Positions 34,488 to 49,013 of a DNA stretch of 64,000 bases are shown in pieces; the stretch's first letter is position 1; each line of letters opens with the position of its first letter. A model generated the notes under the pieces. It was not told the origin of the DNA. It was given only the letters and a program-made list of their open reading frames with translations, and made no database searches. The DNA is from Amoebidium appalachense (lineage: Eukaryota > Protista > Ichthyosporea), in the NCBI GenBank assembly GCA_963693365.1, contig CAVNZM010000013.1, positions 6,772,713 to 6,836,712 on the forward strand, in the 5' to 3' direction. A program made the translations under genes and the position numbers.

Positions 34488-35307
34488 GGTCCCTTCATGC
34501 TTAACACATAATGAAACTGTTGACCTGGGCTATGTGGTAATTGTCATATATGCTCTGCAGAACTTGAAACCTGTGGCATCTGCCGATACGCCATCATCGT
34601 CATTGCCCAAAACCGAAAATTCCGTAAACCAGAACACGGAAGAATCAGAAAATACGCCGAGGAAGTGTACCGACTCGGATTCTGTTAAACGCGGGAATTC
34701 AGGGACGGGTACATCCCTCAAGAGGAGAACGAGTAATAAGAAAACATCTGGCGGTGTGTTTGCGACGAAAGACGTAGGGACGTATTTGTACCAGGCGCCG
34801 GAAATTCAGGCTGGGACCTATAGCGCAAAATCGGATATGTACAGCCTGGGAATAGTCGTTTTTGAAATGTGGTCGCCGTTTTCGACCGAAATGGAGCGGG
34901 CGAGGACGCTCGAAGCGGTGAGAAGGGGGGTCTATCCTGACAATTTCGAACGGACCCACCCGGCAGCGCGGTTGGTGCGAAAGTTACTGGCATCTTCACC
35001 GGTGGCCCGGCCGAGCGCGGAAGATATTCTTGTGGAGGTGAAACTGAAAATGCTCAGGCAGGCGTCAAGGGGGGGACTGGGTGATTTGAGTGACGACGGG
35101 TGGATTGATGGTGAAGGGGTGCTAGAAAGGAGAGAGAGCGGGCAGGAGGTGTTGCAATTGAGAGAGATTATTGGGCTTCAAAATAGGAAAATTGAGTGGG
35201 TGGAGGAGGAATTGAGGGTTGCGGTGGACGGGAAGGAGGAGTGTGCGAGGATGGTGGAGAGGTTGAGGGAGCAGTTGGTGAAGGCGGGGCTGAACCCTGT
35301 GTGTTGA
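28896..35307 (+). CDS. eIF2-alpha kinase (HRI/GCN2-family catalytic domain with kinase insert and C-terminal coiled coil), 7 exons
   Basis: Exons 28896-28935, 30075-30213 ([20 protein letters not shown]), 31231-31437 ([24 protein letters not shown]), 32048-32300, 32998-33188 (LFILMELC), 33578-33789 ([18 protein letters not shown]), 34561-35307 ([25 protein letters not shown]). One surplus G in the G6 run at 33737-33742 must be removed to read DLGVATF...PLS|NLKP. First exon is the least certain. Confidence 0.87.
30205..30560 (+). repeat. Degenerate minisatellite (GAGAATACGRGTAGATGGYTGTGGGAATAG-like units) in kinase intron 2
   Basis: Recurrent GAATACG...GTAGATGG...GTGGGAATAG blocks starting at the exon 2 donor. 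Confidence 0.65.
33855..33987 (+). mobile_element. Short poly-C-anchored element, subfamily 2 (copy D), in kinase intron 6
   Basis: (C)n...CTGAGGATGGGCTCTGC...CGCATTCAA(C)n; reverse complement of 24374-24506. Confidence 0.75.
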
Positions 35308-35526
35308 TGTTAGTGGGCTATGTGGTGTTGGGTAGGTGGCAGTGGGTTAACGGGTGGGTGGGTGCAAGTGGGTGCTGTTGTGGGGTTTGACAATGTGGTG
35401 GATGTTTTTGTTTGTTTGTTTGTTTGTTTGTCTTTGGGAGTGTGTGTGTGTGTGTGTGTGTGTATTTGTAGTGGTGTTTTTTTTTTTGTTTGTTTTTTTT
35501 TGTTTGTTTGTTTTTTGTGTGTGTGT

Positions 35527-35574
<48 letters not shown>

Positions 35575-35953
35575 TAGCGGGTTGTGGTGACTGAGGGGTT
35601 GGCAGGGTAAAGCTCATAAAATTCTTGTGGATATAAAAGAAAAGGGGACAATGCCCTGCATGACATGCATAACGTTGGTGGTGTTGCTGTGTAGCTTTAG
35701 CCATGATTGGATGACAATTATGCTATTGCAGCGATCCTGCCCAGTAATGACCATCATGTACGAAGTTGTAATCTTGTATAGAGAAAAAGTAATGATGACG
35801 GTATGAATGAGTTTCGAAGAGCTTGCCCAGACCCGATACAAATAAACTATGATAACCTCCTGGCACGTTACTAAGTTGGGTCTGCATTGATGTGATATCC
35901 ACACGTTCACATCAGATTTGATACAAACCCCCCCCCCCCCCCCCCCCCCTCCC

Positions 35954-36001
<48 letters not shown>

Positions 36002-36141
36002 CCTCCCTCCCCCCCCTCCCTCCCTCTCTCTCTCTCTCTCTCTCCTCTCCCCCCCCCCCCCCCCCACCACCACCACCACCACCCATCCCCCCTCCCCACC
36101 CCACCCCACTCCCCCATGTGCCCCCCTCCCCCCCTCTCTCC

Positions 36142-36172
<31 letters not shown>

Positions 36173-36552
36173 CCCCCTCCCCCCCCCCCCCCCCCCCCAC
36201 CACCACCACCACCACCCATCCCCCCCTCCCCACCCCACCCCACTCCCCCATGTGCACCCCTCCCCTCCCCCCCCTCCCCCCCCCCCCCCCCCCGCCTCCC
36301 TAGGCCTCTCTCTCTCTCTCCCCTTCTCCCCCCTCCCCCCCCCCCCCCCCCAAAAAAAAAAAAAAAAAAAAAAAAGGATACACAATTCACTGGCCCAACG
36401 CAAATATGCACACACATACATAAAACGAGCGCGCACTCGCCGTAATCGATCGTCGACATCGACCCCATGCGCGAGCAACACACACGTGTACACGCCGACA
36501 CGCGCGCTAGCACACCGTACGCACGCGGCGCACACACGCACACACACACACG

Positions 36553-36636
<84 letters not shown>

Positions 36637-36664
36637 CACACAGGCACACACGCACACGCACACG

Positions 36665-36724
<60 letters not shown>

Positions 36725-37702
36725 TATATTTCCGGCGTGCGCGTTCGGACCACACGCACACACCTAGTAGCAGAAAACCATTTTCCAACCTCCCTGTAGT
36801 TGATGAGCCTTGCAACACCCGTACAATCGCACATGTATCCGTGACATGTGTCAATTCATGTTTTCATGTTATCAAGTATATTCGCGCCAAATTGTTTTAA
36901 ACCTATCAAACATCTTTTATGTTAGTCATATATGGCTAGTTGCCCAAATTGCAGATTTTTGTGAGCCACCGTGCGCCGGCCGGCCCGGCATCAAAAGTTG
37001 TGCAACTCACAGGAAAACAAGAAACCGTTCAGTTTCAAGCACAGTGTAGAGATAAATGTGCGCGTTTCCGAGTTTTATTTCTGCCCTTTTTGCGTCTCCA
37101 TACACTGCTCTCTTATTGTTCATGAGTGAGCATCGTTCTCCCACGTTCCTCCACAGGTACCGGTGACCCACTCCCTTTGTCTTTGCCAGGTGCACATGTT
37201 TCACAATCCGGAGTTGTGGTGGGGCCCAGCAGTTTTGAGGAATTTGTGCCTGCGTGGATTCTTGAGCGCGAAAGCAAACACTTGTTGACTCTTGGTCATT
37301 TGTTCTTTTTCACAACCCCCTTCATGGTTTTGGTGCCGCGTCGGTTTCCTGTCATCCTTCGTGTTTAAATTGGTTTGGTCACACTGTAGATCTGATGCTT
37401 CCTTGTGTATTTAGAAACTCGCCCTAACACTGTGGTTTTTTTTTCCATCTTCAAAGGAGCCTACGCAGTTTTGGCAAATAGATGTATCCATCTGCCGTGT
37501 TAAACCGACAGACAACTCTCACTGCGCCTTACAGCTCTCAGATGTACCCTTGCACCTGAACTGAAAACACTTCAAAAGATAGACACCTTTCCGCCCTACC
37601 TTAACGGTTTTTTTTTCTTCTAACTCCCGCCTCTTTCCCCATCCCCCCTAACCCAGTGCCGGTCACAACTTTCTTTTTTCTTCCCTCTCTTCCAAGCTGA
37701 AA

Positions 37703-37909
37703 ATGGAAGAACCTGATGGTCACATGGAACTTGAGGAGGGTGAGATAGAGCCGGAGAACCATGCTGCACGTGGCTCGCACAAGGAAAGCGCCAAGAAGAA
37801 GCTGGTGTGTTGCCTCCAACCTCCCCCTCCCCCCCGCCCCCCCTCCCCCCCCTGCCCCTTTCCCCTCTCCGCACGCGGGTCTTTGTTTCCATACTTACAC
37901 ATAACTACA

Positions 37910-37951
<42 letters not shown>

Positions 37952-38316
37952 ATGTCCTGACTATTTAAGTCCCCTTTTTCGTGTGTTTTGTTCATGTGCT
38001 ACATTATTTTATGCTCCCCAAGTTGATATAATCTAGCTAATACATGCCAACTCTGCTTGCTGTGGTTGTTGTAGGCTGATTTTCTCGGGTGGGCTGAGAT
38101 TTTGTAGCCTTACACCTATTCTTGACAACGTTCGTGGGTAGCAGATCTCTGAAAAGGGGACGCCGAGAGGGGGGGGGGGGGGGGGGGGGGGGGGGAGGGG
38201 GGGGGGGGGGGGTTGTGCAGTTGTGCTTCGTGGGTTCCCAACTTCATTTATCGAGGAAACGGGAAGAGGAGGGGAGAGGGGGTAGGAAGGTGATCACGTA
38301 AAGCAAGTGTTATCCG

Positions 38317-38351
<35 letters not shown>

Positions 38352-41045
38352 GGGATACACTAAGAAAAGAGCCACCGTTTGTAGAGAGACTCTGATGAAG
38401 GGAGGGTGGGACGAGCAGTAGAAAGGGGCTGAACGTTGAAACGAGTACATGCCAAGGAAAAGACGTGGGAAAGTTTTGATCACTAAGTTTCTACGGTGTA
38501 GTTTTTTGGCTGTCTCTGTTTTTTCAGGTTGTTGTTTTTAAACTCTTTTCCCGCGGTTTTTTTTGCCTTCACCTCCATTTCCACCTTGTTTTTTTTTTTT
38601 TTTGTAGAAACCCCCCCCTCCCCCCCCCTCCCCCCCCCCCCCATCCCCCCCCACCACCACCACCCCCACCCCCCCACCCACCCACACACCCACATGCCGT
38701 ACACATACACACACTCTTGCACATGCCACAACTCACCTCACCCTGGCACAGAACATGTACACCTGACTACTCAAAGCACGATAAACGGCTATGAAACATA
38801 AATAATTCAGTTCCTGTTGCATATTATTAATTTCTTTCATTGCACGGCGCCTATGCTACTAGTGTGGTCCAGACTTCAATACTCATGTTGCATTTGCTCA
38901 CGCAGGCAGGAAACGAGGAGCCAATCAAAGATGCCGTCGCCTGCATCCCCCAATTAAACCCCGACAAGATGATCCGCGAGAACACCAATCACCACACAGA
39001 GTCGTTTTGCGTAAATGACCAACCAACACCATCACCCACATCTTCACCCTCATCAGCAACAGAGACACCCATACCGAAAGAAAGCGCAGAACAAAAAAAC
39101 ACAACAGGAGAGGGCGGAAATGCACAAACAGCGAACGAAAACGAGATCATTGAAAAAGATATACGACCAAACATGGATGAGGCGACAGAAGGGGAAGAAG
39201 AAAATGGTGCAAGCCCTTCAAAATCGGGAAACGGAAAAGAAAACACCGAAAATGCGACATGTGCAAGTGTACCTCCTCCCAAATTCCTTGTCCCGAGTGC
39301 TCTGACCTTCTCCATTCCGGCTTTCTTGGAAAATACTTCATGGAAAAAGACAAGTGAAACGGGGAAACCAAACGGAAAACCGGAAGTGAAAGCCAACGGG
39401 AAATGCTCAACAGTCGAGAACTCACCGAGTTATTCGCCCGAGAAATACACCTCCCTCCTGGAAAAGATCGAACTGCTGAAACTGCAGCTGTCCTGTGAGA
39501 AAGCACGATCCAGTCGTTTCCAGAAGGAATCGCTGAAATTTCAAGATCAGGCTCTGATCGGAGAAGCTGGGGGCCGCACGGGGGAGGTGTGGAAATTCAT
39601 GAAAGAGACGCAAGAAGCCGAGGAGATGTATTGGTTGGGCAGGGAGGAGCAATGGGAAAAGGAAAAATCGGCGTGGGAAAGGAAGGAACAAGATTATCGA
39701 GTAAGAATTGCTGAGACGAGGATGGTCTTGATCGAAACGGAAGCGCGCGCCACATCGGATAGAGCGGAAACGGAGAAATCGAAAGCGGTGGAAGCAAGAA
39801 AATATGCACAGGCGTTAGCGGAAAACACACGGTGGAGGACGGACTATAAAAGGTTTTCGGACACTTTCGTGAACATGCAGGAATCACAAGCGGCGCTTAA
39901 GGAAAAGGTTAGAGATTTGGAGGTGTCGGAGGATAAGGAGATTAGAAAAAGGAGGGAGTTGAAGAAGGATCTGGTAGAATTGGAAGGGAATTACGATGGT
40001 TTGCTGGGTGAGGTGAAGCAACTTGAGAAGGAAAACGGGGAATTACGCGGGGATTTGGAAAAGTCGGACGGAGAACTGAAGCGAGCTAATGGGAAGAGAA
40101 AGAAACTGGAGGAGGAAAAGGCAGACTTGATAGAAGAGGTGGAGAGGTTGACCAAGAGACAAGAAAAATTGGAGGGAAGGTTGGAGAAGGAGAGAGATAA
40201 ATCAGTTACGCAAAAGGAAACAAACGAAACCTCAACACAGACCGTAGAAGAGAAGGAAGGAGAGAGAGAGGATGGAAATGGAGATAGTGGAGAAGAAGGG
40301 GAGGGGGAAAGAAATGTTGAGGAGGGTGGAAGCAGGGAGAAGATTCTACCCGGCGTCATTGTCTCTCTGCACGAGGAGGTGTGCCTGTGGAAGTCGAAAT
40401 ACGAAGAGATGGAGGCAGAGAAACGAGTGCTCGTGAATGTACGTGCCCTTCCCCAGCCCCATCCTCCCCCCTTCCTTCCCCCCCCCCCCCCCACCCCCGC
40501 CACACACACACACACACACACACAGATGCACACAGACGAGTGAACAGTCCCCCCCCCCCCCCCTCCTCCCTCCCTCCCTCCCCCTCCCCGTGTGCACATT
40601 TCCACACCATGGAACTACGCCTAGGCCATTGCTACTGAGAACCGAAACCTCTTCCGTTGCAGAGACAAAGGAACATTCTTGATCATAGGCTCTGCTTGCA
40701 CGCCTAACTTGGCTGCTGGGATATGTGATGGTTTAGTCGTCTTTATTTTTTTTGCTTTGTTTTGCTTGTTTCCATCAACCCGGCTAGTCGATATCATCTT
40801 TCCTCTTCTTTTACCCGCCCATCCAACCACCACGGTAGGCTATCCACACTGACACCCACCATCTTAAATGCCCACGTCCCAACTCTTCCCCTCCCCTGGC
40901 AATTTTTTTCACTAGCCCATCTACACACACGCATGTGCTCGCTCAAGCACGCACAAAAGCAAACATGCACACACACACGCGCGCGCGCGCGCGCGCACGC
41001 GCGCGCGCACGCACACACACCTTCACAACCACACCCCCCTCCGCA

Positions 41046-41105
<60 letters not shown>

Positions 41106-44100
41106 GTACACACACCACCCACAGCTCTGGCAGAAAGACATCCAATCGGCCACATCCGACATCGAGTTTGCCATCGCACTAGCCTCCGATCAAATCGCGA
41201 TCGCCGAGGAAGAAAAATCTACCCTTATATCAGCTATACGCAAGTATGAACACATTCTAACCTCGAAAGAATCAACCATCTCTCGTTTGGAGAAAGAATC
41301 CTCGGAGTTGGAAAGACTGCAAAAGGAAACACTTGGATACAAGAACGAGGTTGAGAAACTACAGCAGGAAGCGTGGGGACTTAGGAACGAGCTCCAGGTT
41401 GTGAAAAATTCGAGGGACAAGGCGGAAAAGGAGGTTGAAGAAATAAGAAAGGAAACGAGGGAAAGAGAAAGAATGGAGGGGAAGAGAAAGAAGGAAGAGA
41501 GGGAGGAGAGGAAGGAGAGGCATGGGGCAGAAAGCATTGGGTGTGTGGGGGTGGCCGCGGAAGGGGTGAAGGGACACAAGGAAACATGGGGGGAGAGATT
41601 AAAGAGGTGCATGAACGATTCAGTCAGTATATTAACGAGGGAAAAGGAGGTTGCAAAGGAGGAAATACGTGTGCTAAGAGAGAGGGAGGAGGTTTTGAAA
41701 GTGAAATTAGAGATGGAGATGGAGGAAAGAGCCAAAGAGAGAAAGGAGAAGGAGAGACAAATTCACGAGAAAGAAAAGGAACTGATGGGTGCCCTAAAGG
41801 CAGCAAAAGAGATATCACAGAGGGAGCAGAAACTATTGAGTGAAAAGGAGGGGTGGGAAAACGAAAAGAGGCTTTGGCAGGAGTCCAAAACGAGACAGCT
41901 GGCAAGCATTGAGTCTTTAAGCAAGCAGATAGTTTCCTTAAAGAAAAGCCAGGGTGAGTGTGATGTGAAACGAAGGCAGACCGAGTCGCCTTTAAGGTCC
42001 GTCAAGGTGATTATGGGCAGCGGGCTGGCGGAGGCGGAGTCTAGGGTGGCCATGCTACAGGAGGAGCTACTGCAGAACACGGTGGGTGATTGTTGGCACC
42101 CCAACCCTCCCCCTCCCCCCCTGTACCCAATACACACACACACACACACGTACACATGTCCGCACTCACACACGCACACAGATCGCCTGCAAGCCTGCCC
42201 CCCTCCCCCTCCCCACACACACTTTCCCTTTGCATATGTGCGCGGACACACACCCAGATATACGTGCTAACATAACATGCTAGCACCTGCATTCATGTAC
42301 GACACACAGACATATCTCGTTCTGCATTAGCAATGCACCAATCAATAGGAAAGGAAGACAGGAGGAAGAAGCGGGGGGGGAGGGGAGGGGGGAGGGTGAA
42401 AAAGGGCAGATGGGGGGGGGGGGGGGGGGAGGGGGGGGTTGGGGAGGGGGGAGTGGAGCAAAATTCTTATAGGCCGGTTCACGTTTATTGGTTTGTGATA
42501 ATAGTGTTTACTCTTTGTGCTTCTCATCCACCTCTGATAACACGACCCCACTCTAGGGAAACTCACAGGGAGACGGGTCGGGCATGCAGTTGCAAAAAAC
42601 CGATCAGGTGTGTGGGTTGGGTGTCTTTTTGGTGATATGTGTGCACCGGGATATATATTTGTTCGTGTGGGGCTATTGGGATATATGTTGGCTGTGTGGT
42701 GATAGTTGTGCATTGGGATATATGTTGGCTGTGTGGTGATAGTGGGGCATCGGGATATATTAATTTGTTTGGTGATAGTGGTGCATCGGGATATAATGGT
42801 TTTTGCTTGGTGATAGTTGCGTTTGCATCTATTATTGTCTGCCTGATGATGGAGGGATATTGGGTTATACATTCGCGGTTTGGTGATGATTGTGCATTGA
42901 AATTTAGGATGACAAAGGGATATGATTGGTTGTTTGGTGATAGTTGTGGTGGTGCCGGTGTGGGGTGTGTACGGTTGTGTGCTGGCCATGGCTGGGGAGA
43001 GTTGTGTTTGCGCTTGTGTTTGTGTGTGGGTGGTGATGTTTTCTACCGATGAAGCAGGGTTTGAGTTCCCGGTTCAAGCTAAGTTCGGACGTAGGGTTTC
43101 CGCCGTGCGACCAGTCGACACTTTTGCGAAACGGTCGGTAGTGGTGGTGATTGCATCATCAGCGGTGGGTGGGGTATGTGTGGGTGTGGTGTGAGGTGTG
43201 AGGGTGTAGGAGCCGGGAAGAAGAGCGATTTGGTGAACGGTGGTGGGGGTGTCGATGGAGGTGGGAGGCATGATGGCACGAACTGGAGTAGATTGCGGTA
43301 AAGCTAGGATCTGATTGGGTCGGATAATCGTACGGAGGCGTTCGATTTCGGCGGTTGCTCGTTGGTTTGTGGCACAAAGGGCTTTGATCTGAGTGGATAT
43401 ACTGTCAGTGGGATATGCATATGGAGGAATATTGAATATCATCGGCCTTGGATATATCTTACGAAGATTGGTAAACATATCCGATTCGGCTGGATATACC
43501 AGGCTATCCGGCAACGTTTGGCAACGTTTGTATATATATCACTCAGTAGATAAATATGCTGTCCATGGGATATGAATCTATGAAGTAGTAGTGTCTATCG
43601 ATTCACACCTGGATGTGAGTGTTATTACAATTGTGAAGATATATTATCATTCGGATGGATATATAAGGTTATCTCTGGCGACATTTCAGAAAAATTACTT
43701 TCGAATTGGGGCCGGGCAAGACGTGGTGAGTAGGCATTTATCCGGTTAGGTTACTATATATGGAGCGACGAGGCCGCCCGCTGATAATAGTTGTTGGGCG
43801 CATCCCCCTCCCCCTCTCCTCGCCGGAGGGGAGGAAGGTGTGTGTAAGGGGGGAGGGGGGGGGGGAGGGGGGGGGGGGCAGGAGAGAGGGGGCGGGGGGA
43901 GGGGGGGGGAGGGAGAGGGGGCGGGAGGGGGAGGGGGAGGGGGAGGGGAAGGGGAGGGAGGGAGGGAGGGAGGGAGGAAGGGCGGGAGGGAGGGAGGGAG
44001 GGAGGGAGGGAGGGAGGGAGGGATGCAGGGAGGGAGGGAGAGAGAGAGAGAAGGGGGGGGGATGCAGGAGGTGTGGGGATTACTTGTCTGTATGCTCTTC

Positions 44101-44270
44101 AAGTGCTTGGTTGAGCCTGTGTATCTCCTGCTCGAGGGTGGGAATACGTGTCTGTTGCAAGGACTGGAGGGTAGCCTGTTGCACGGTGTATTGACGCTGG
44201 AGAGAGAGCTGTGTGTGTGTGTGTGTGAAGAGAGAGAGAGGGGGGGGGGGGGGGGGAGTGAGAGAGAGAG

Positions 44271-44368
<98 letters not shown>

Positions 44369-45760
44369 GCCACTTTTAGAAGGACAAAGGTGTATGAGTG
44401 TATTGGGTTGGATTGGGGTGGGTAATGACGATGATTGCCAGGAGGGAGGAGGTGGGCTCAGTGAGAAGGGAAGGAGGCGGGGGGGCAAAGGCGGGGAGAG
44501 GGGAGGGGGGGGGGGGGGGGAGGGGGAGGTCTGAGGCTTGTTAAAGAGTTGTAGAAGTAATTTTGTATTCGTTCTTTTACGAGGATGCCGTGATAAAGCC
44601 CCCCTTCACGCCCACACCTCGATAGTTTGGGTTAGTTTTTAGGGACACTCAAGGTAGGACTAGGTGATAAGAAAGTAATGAATAAGACTTGTAGCTTGGT
44701 TGCGCATCCAGAGAGCGCCAGAGCACATTACAGAACCAGGAGCTTCTTGAAATTTGAAACCGAAAAAGCAAATGCACAACCATCACCACACAGCCAATGT
44801 ATACCGCAACGCACAACTATCCCCAAACAACCAATCATATCCCTTTGTCTAACTTTCATCAAACCGCCATCCTAAATTTCAATGCACAACTATCATCAAA
44901 CAACCAATCATATCCCTTTGTCTAACTTTCATCAAACCGCCATCCTAAAGTCGCCAAATCGATCAAGGCCCCCACCACTCAAGCGGCTCCGATCAGATCC
45001 ACCCCACACCCAGATCAAGAAGTCAAACTCGCAACCTAGCGAGGAGGGAGAGACGGAGAGATATCGCCACATTCCTGCAGGTGCATAACACATTATCCTT
45101 CCCCGCCACAGACAACAAAAACCCACATGATCAAGCGCCCAAATACACACACACACACACACACACAGTGTGCGCGCGCGCGCGTGGGCATGCACGCACG
45201 CACGCACGCTGTTTGCCCGCCCCCTTAAAAAAAGCAGTGAATACTTGTTCCCCATTATGAAGAACAACTTGGCCTCCCTCCTGTAGACATCCATACGCCT
45301 ATGTGCATCAGTACATGCGCAGCCTGACACACTCAGGTGCACATGAACAAGCACACACATGCATGCACATGAACTAACATCAACTCACACACACACACAG
45401 AAACACAATACACATACATAGAAAACACACCCGTGGGAAGGTGGTCGGGAGGGGAAGGGAAGGGGGGGGGGGGGGGGGGGGGAGGGGGGGGGGGGCGTAT
45501 TTGTGTGGTTAGACATAACCCCCAGTGTGCTAACGGTGTTCCCCTACAGGTCACGGTGCCATCAAGCGGTCACTCTCTTCAGACAGCACACCCCAGCAGA
45601 CAGGTCAGGCCCCAGGTGTGCGTGCGTGCGTGGGCCCCCGTGTGTCTCTGTGTGTGTGTGTGTGGGGAGGGGGGGGGGGGGGAAGGGGGGGGGAGGGGAG
45701 GAAGGCAGTGTGACTGTGCACGAGTGTGGCTTGGTGTTGGTGTGCACGAGTGCTTTCTGC

Positions 45761-45801
<41 letters not shown>

Positions 45802-46297
45802 TGTGTGTGTTCTCGTGTGGGTATAGGTGTAAATCTGAGTCTGATGCCAGTATGGGTTGCTGTGTGGTTCATTTGAGTTTCGTGCCGTTTGCTTCTGTGT
45901 GTGTGCGTGTGCATGTGTGTGGGCGTGTGCGTGTGCGTGTGCGCGTGTGTGTGTGTGTGTACGTGCACATAAATAACTTACTAAATATATGTACATAGGT
46001 GGTGTATTATAAAAATGTATTTCAAGTCTTCGCCTTCACCGCCGCACACATGTCATGCACAAGCCAAATTATCAGGCACGCACATGCATAGGCCTGACAG
46101 CCTATGCATATGTATTTATAAAACTAAAAAAAAAAAAAAAAAAAAAAAAAAGTAGGATATGGTCATAAGTCAAATCATCAGGCACACACATGTAGATCCT
46201 GCCTAACCCTTGCCATGCACCTACAGAAAACCCAAGCCCCAGGTTTACCCCCGGCACGTTCAAGGCCCCTGCTTCGTCACCCAGGCAGAATCCGTGA
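37703..46297 (+). CDS. Large coiled-coil protein of unknown family
   Basis: Phase-compatible exons 37703-37804, 38906-40438, 41125-42081 (E/K/R-rich heptads), 44951-45080, 45550-45615, 46227-46297 (TGA). No recognisable catalytic motif. Confidence 0.7.
42636..42950 (-). repeat. Minisatellite (ATGCACAACTATCACCAAAC-like units); same family in opposite orientation at 44770-44950
   Basis: CAACTATC.CCAAACAACCAATCATATCCCTTTGTC and CATCCTAAATTTCAATGCACAA are on the minus strand here and on the plus strand at 44814-44890. Confidence 0.75.
43047..44208 (-). other. Two antisense exon-like coiled-coil segments inside intron 3 of the coiled-coil gene (probable inverted exons)
   Basis: (CA)nCAG|LSLQRQYTVQQATLQSLQQTRIPTLEQEIHRLNQALEEHTD at 44208-44083, and CAG|IKALCATNQRATAEIERLRTII... 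at 43388-43047 (one internal TGA at 43074-43076). No start exon seen. Confidence 0.5.
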
Positions 46298-46759
46298 ACA
46301 TGAACTGACCCATACTGGATGCTATATTTAGTTAAAACGAAGGAGGAACAATGAAAGTGTAAAATGTATCACAGGGTCAATTGTCATGGTTGTGAACATT
46401 AGTATCGTCGTTGATGAAAAATACAATGAACAACACTGTTGCGTTGTGATATATACGGGCGTTAGCCGCTGTGGAGAGTGTGTGGGTGGGTGGGTGTTCG
46501 ATATGCTTTGTGTGTCAAAAGTGTGTGAGCGTGTGTGCGTTCGTGCGTGTGTGTGCTCGTGCATGTGCCACTGTGTTTGGGGGAGGGGATACATGTTGAA
46601 TTGATAGTATCACAGCCCCAGTTATGGTCACCCTGCATGGGCGGCACACATATGTGTACGTGTTTGGCACAGGCCCTCCCCCCCCCAAAAAAACGATTTT
46701 CGTGGCTGTTCGTTCCGCGTTCCCATGACATGGCCATCCAAGAGTCACCCGTGCTGCCC

Positions 46760-46790
<31 letters not shown>

Positions 46791-47635
46791 CTCCCCCCCC
46801 CCTCCCCCGCCCGCCCCCACCCACCCACCACCACCACCACCATCACATACGCACACCCCCCACACATGTATACATGTCACACCACCCCCCTACCAGTGCA
46901 CCACCACCGTGTCCCACACACACACACACACACGTGTCACACAAGGCCGCCTAGTCACCGTCGCCAGTACCGGCCACCCTCACCACTACCACAGCTTATT
47001 ATTCCTACTTCTTTTGTAGTTTTATAAGAACTTCATACTGTAAATGGTATGGAGATTACTGTGTCAGTCATGCACTTGGGACCTTTCAAGGCTCTCGCCA
47101 CATTTTGAGATTAAATTTTAAAATGCGGCACAGGAGTTTAAACTGGCGGCCTGGATAATTGATCGGTCACGTGATGATCATGATTGCAGGCTAGCCTAAG
47201 GTGGTATGTTGTTGCGTAAGACCTCATGATAAAGGCAATACACGCAGGAGTTAATTAAAAGAAAAAAAAATAATAAAATAAAAATCGGAGGGCCTTATTT
47301 CGGACCGAGCATGTGTTGCACAGTTCAACCATGATTTGGAGTTCATGACAGCCATCAGTTTGGATCCCCCATCTGGGGGGGGGGGGGGTCTCTAAAAGAA
47401 AGAAACAGAATCAGCGATAAAAACAGCCACATGGAACAGACACCCTTTCCGGTCGTTTGGACTAATTGAAGATAGACCGTGGAAACAAAACCTTTTTGAC
47501 CTCTCCTTGGAGTTTAATGGGGGTCCCGTTGGGAGGGGCTGTGCATATGCATGTGAGCGTGTGCGGGTGTACCGGTGTGCACGCGTGCTTTGTGTGTTTG
47601 CTGTTTGGCTGTGTGCACACCGTGTTTCTGTTTGG

Positions 47636-47693
<58 letters not shown>

Positions 47694-48982
47694 GATCTTT
47701 TCTTTCTTTCTTTCTTTCTTTCTTTCTTTCCTTTTTTTTGTGTGTGTGTGTGCCTGTGCACGTGCGTGTATGGATGTGTGCACACGTTTGTCTATTTGGC
47801 TTTGGTTCTTTTTTTTGTGTGTGTGTGCCGTGCAAAACCCTGGCTGATAGCATACAACACCAGAGCTTATAGGTTCATACAGACCAACACATTCTTAGGC
47901 AGTAGCAAATCGCCACCACCGTCTCCCAACCACTCCCTTGTCTACCGGAAGCAACACCATATTTTGGGCAAGACGTTTTACAGTTTTGCCGCATTGCCAC
48001 ACCACAAACTTTGAAACATCGTATTTTGACCAATGAGGGCCGGGGTTTAAAATTTGTTCGTAGGGGTTGAGTGGAGGGGAGGCCTGGTACTTCTCACATG
48101 CGAGGCAGGGGCACAAACACTGGGCTAAGTGCATACTAATAGTAAGGATTGGCAAAAGTGTCTGGCTTAGCTGACTGCACCATGAGCACCCTCGCTGCTA
48201 GGGTGCAGGCGGTGCTTAGTAGAAGTCCGTAGTCCCTCTGACGTACCCCGAAAAATTAGCAAGAAATAATAATAATACTCAAGTTCACCACATCCCCACT
48301 GTCCAGCCAGTACCACAAAACTACATGAGATGTGCAGGCACAGACCCATCCATCCACACACAGGCACACACACACACACACACGCACACACACACGCACA
48401 CACACACGCACATACACACACACACACACACACACATGCACACACAAAAAAGGACACAAGCACAGACCCCCCCCCCCCCCCCCACTTCCCCCCTCCCCTT
48501 CCCCCACTATCAGCCATTGGCCAATTCTAACCCATGAACGACTCTTACCGACTGAATTCCCTAGCAGAGCACCCCCCACGCCCCCACCTCCCCAACCCCC
48601 TACCTCCCTAACCCGTGTCAAGCATACTCTTTTTGTGCTCTATATGTGGAGGTGGTGTGTGTGTGTGTGGGGGGGGGGGAGAAGGGGGGGGAGGGGGGGG
48701 GGGGGGGAAAGGAAGGGAAGGGGGGACGAACAAGAACATGCCGACCTCCTTTGACCAATCACTTTCTCCCCCCCCCCTCCGCCTCTCCTTCCGCCTCTCT
48801 TCCCCTCTCCCCCAGATAGCACACCTCGTTTGGTTTGCCAGACACACGTTCGTACCGACAGCTCCGACTTCAACCCCCCTACACACTCGAGCACACACAC
48901 ACACCCACACACACAACACACCGACTCCCATACCGTCCATTTAAAGCATATGGGTTCCTCAGCAGAGCCCCCCCTCCCCCCC

Positions 48983-49013
<31 letters not shown>

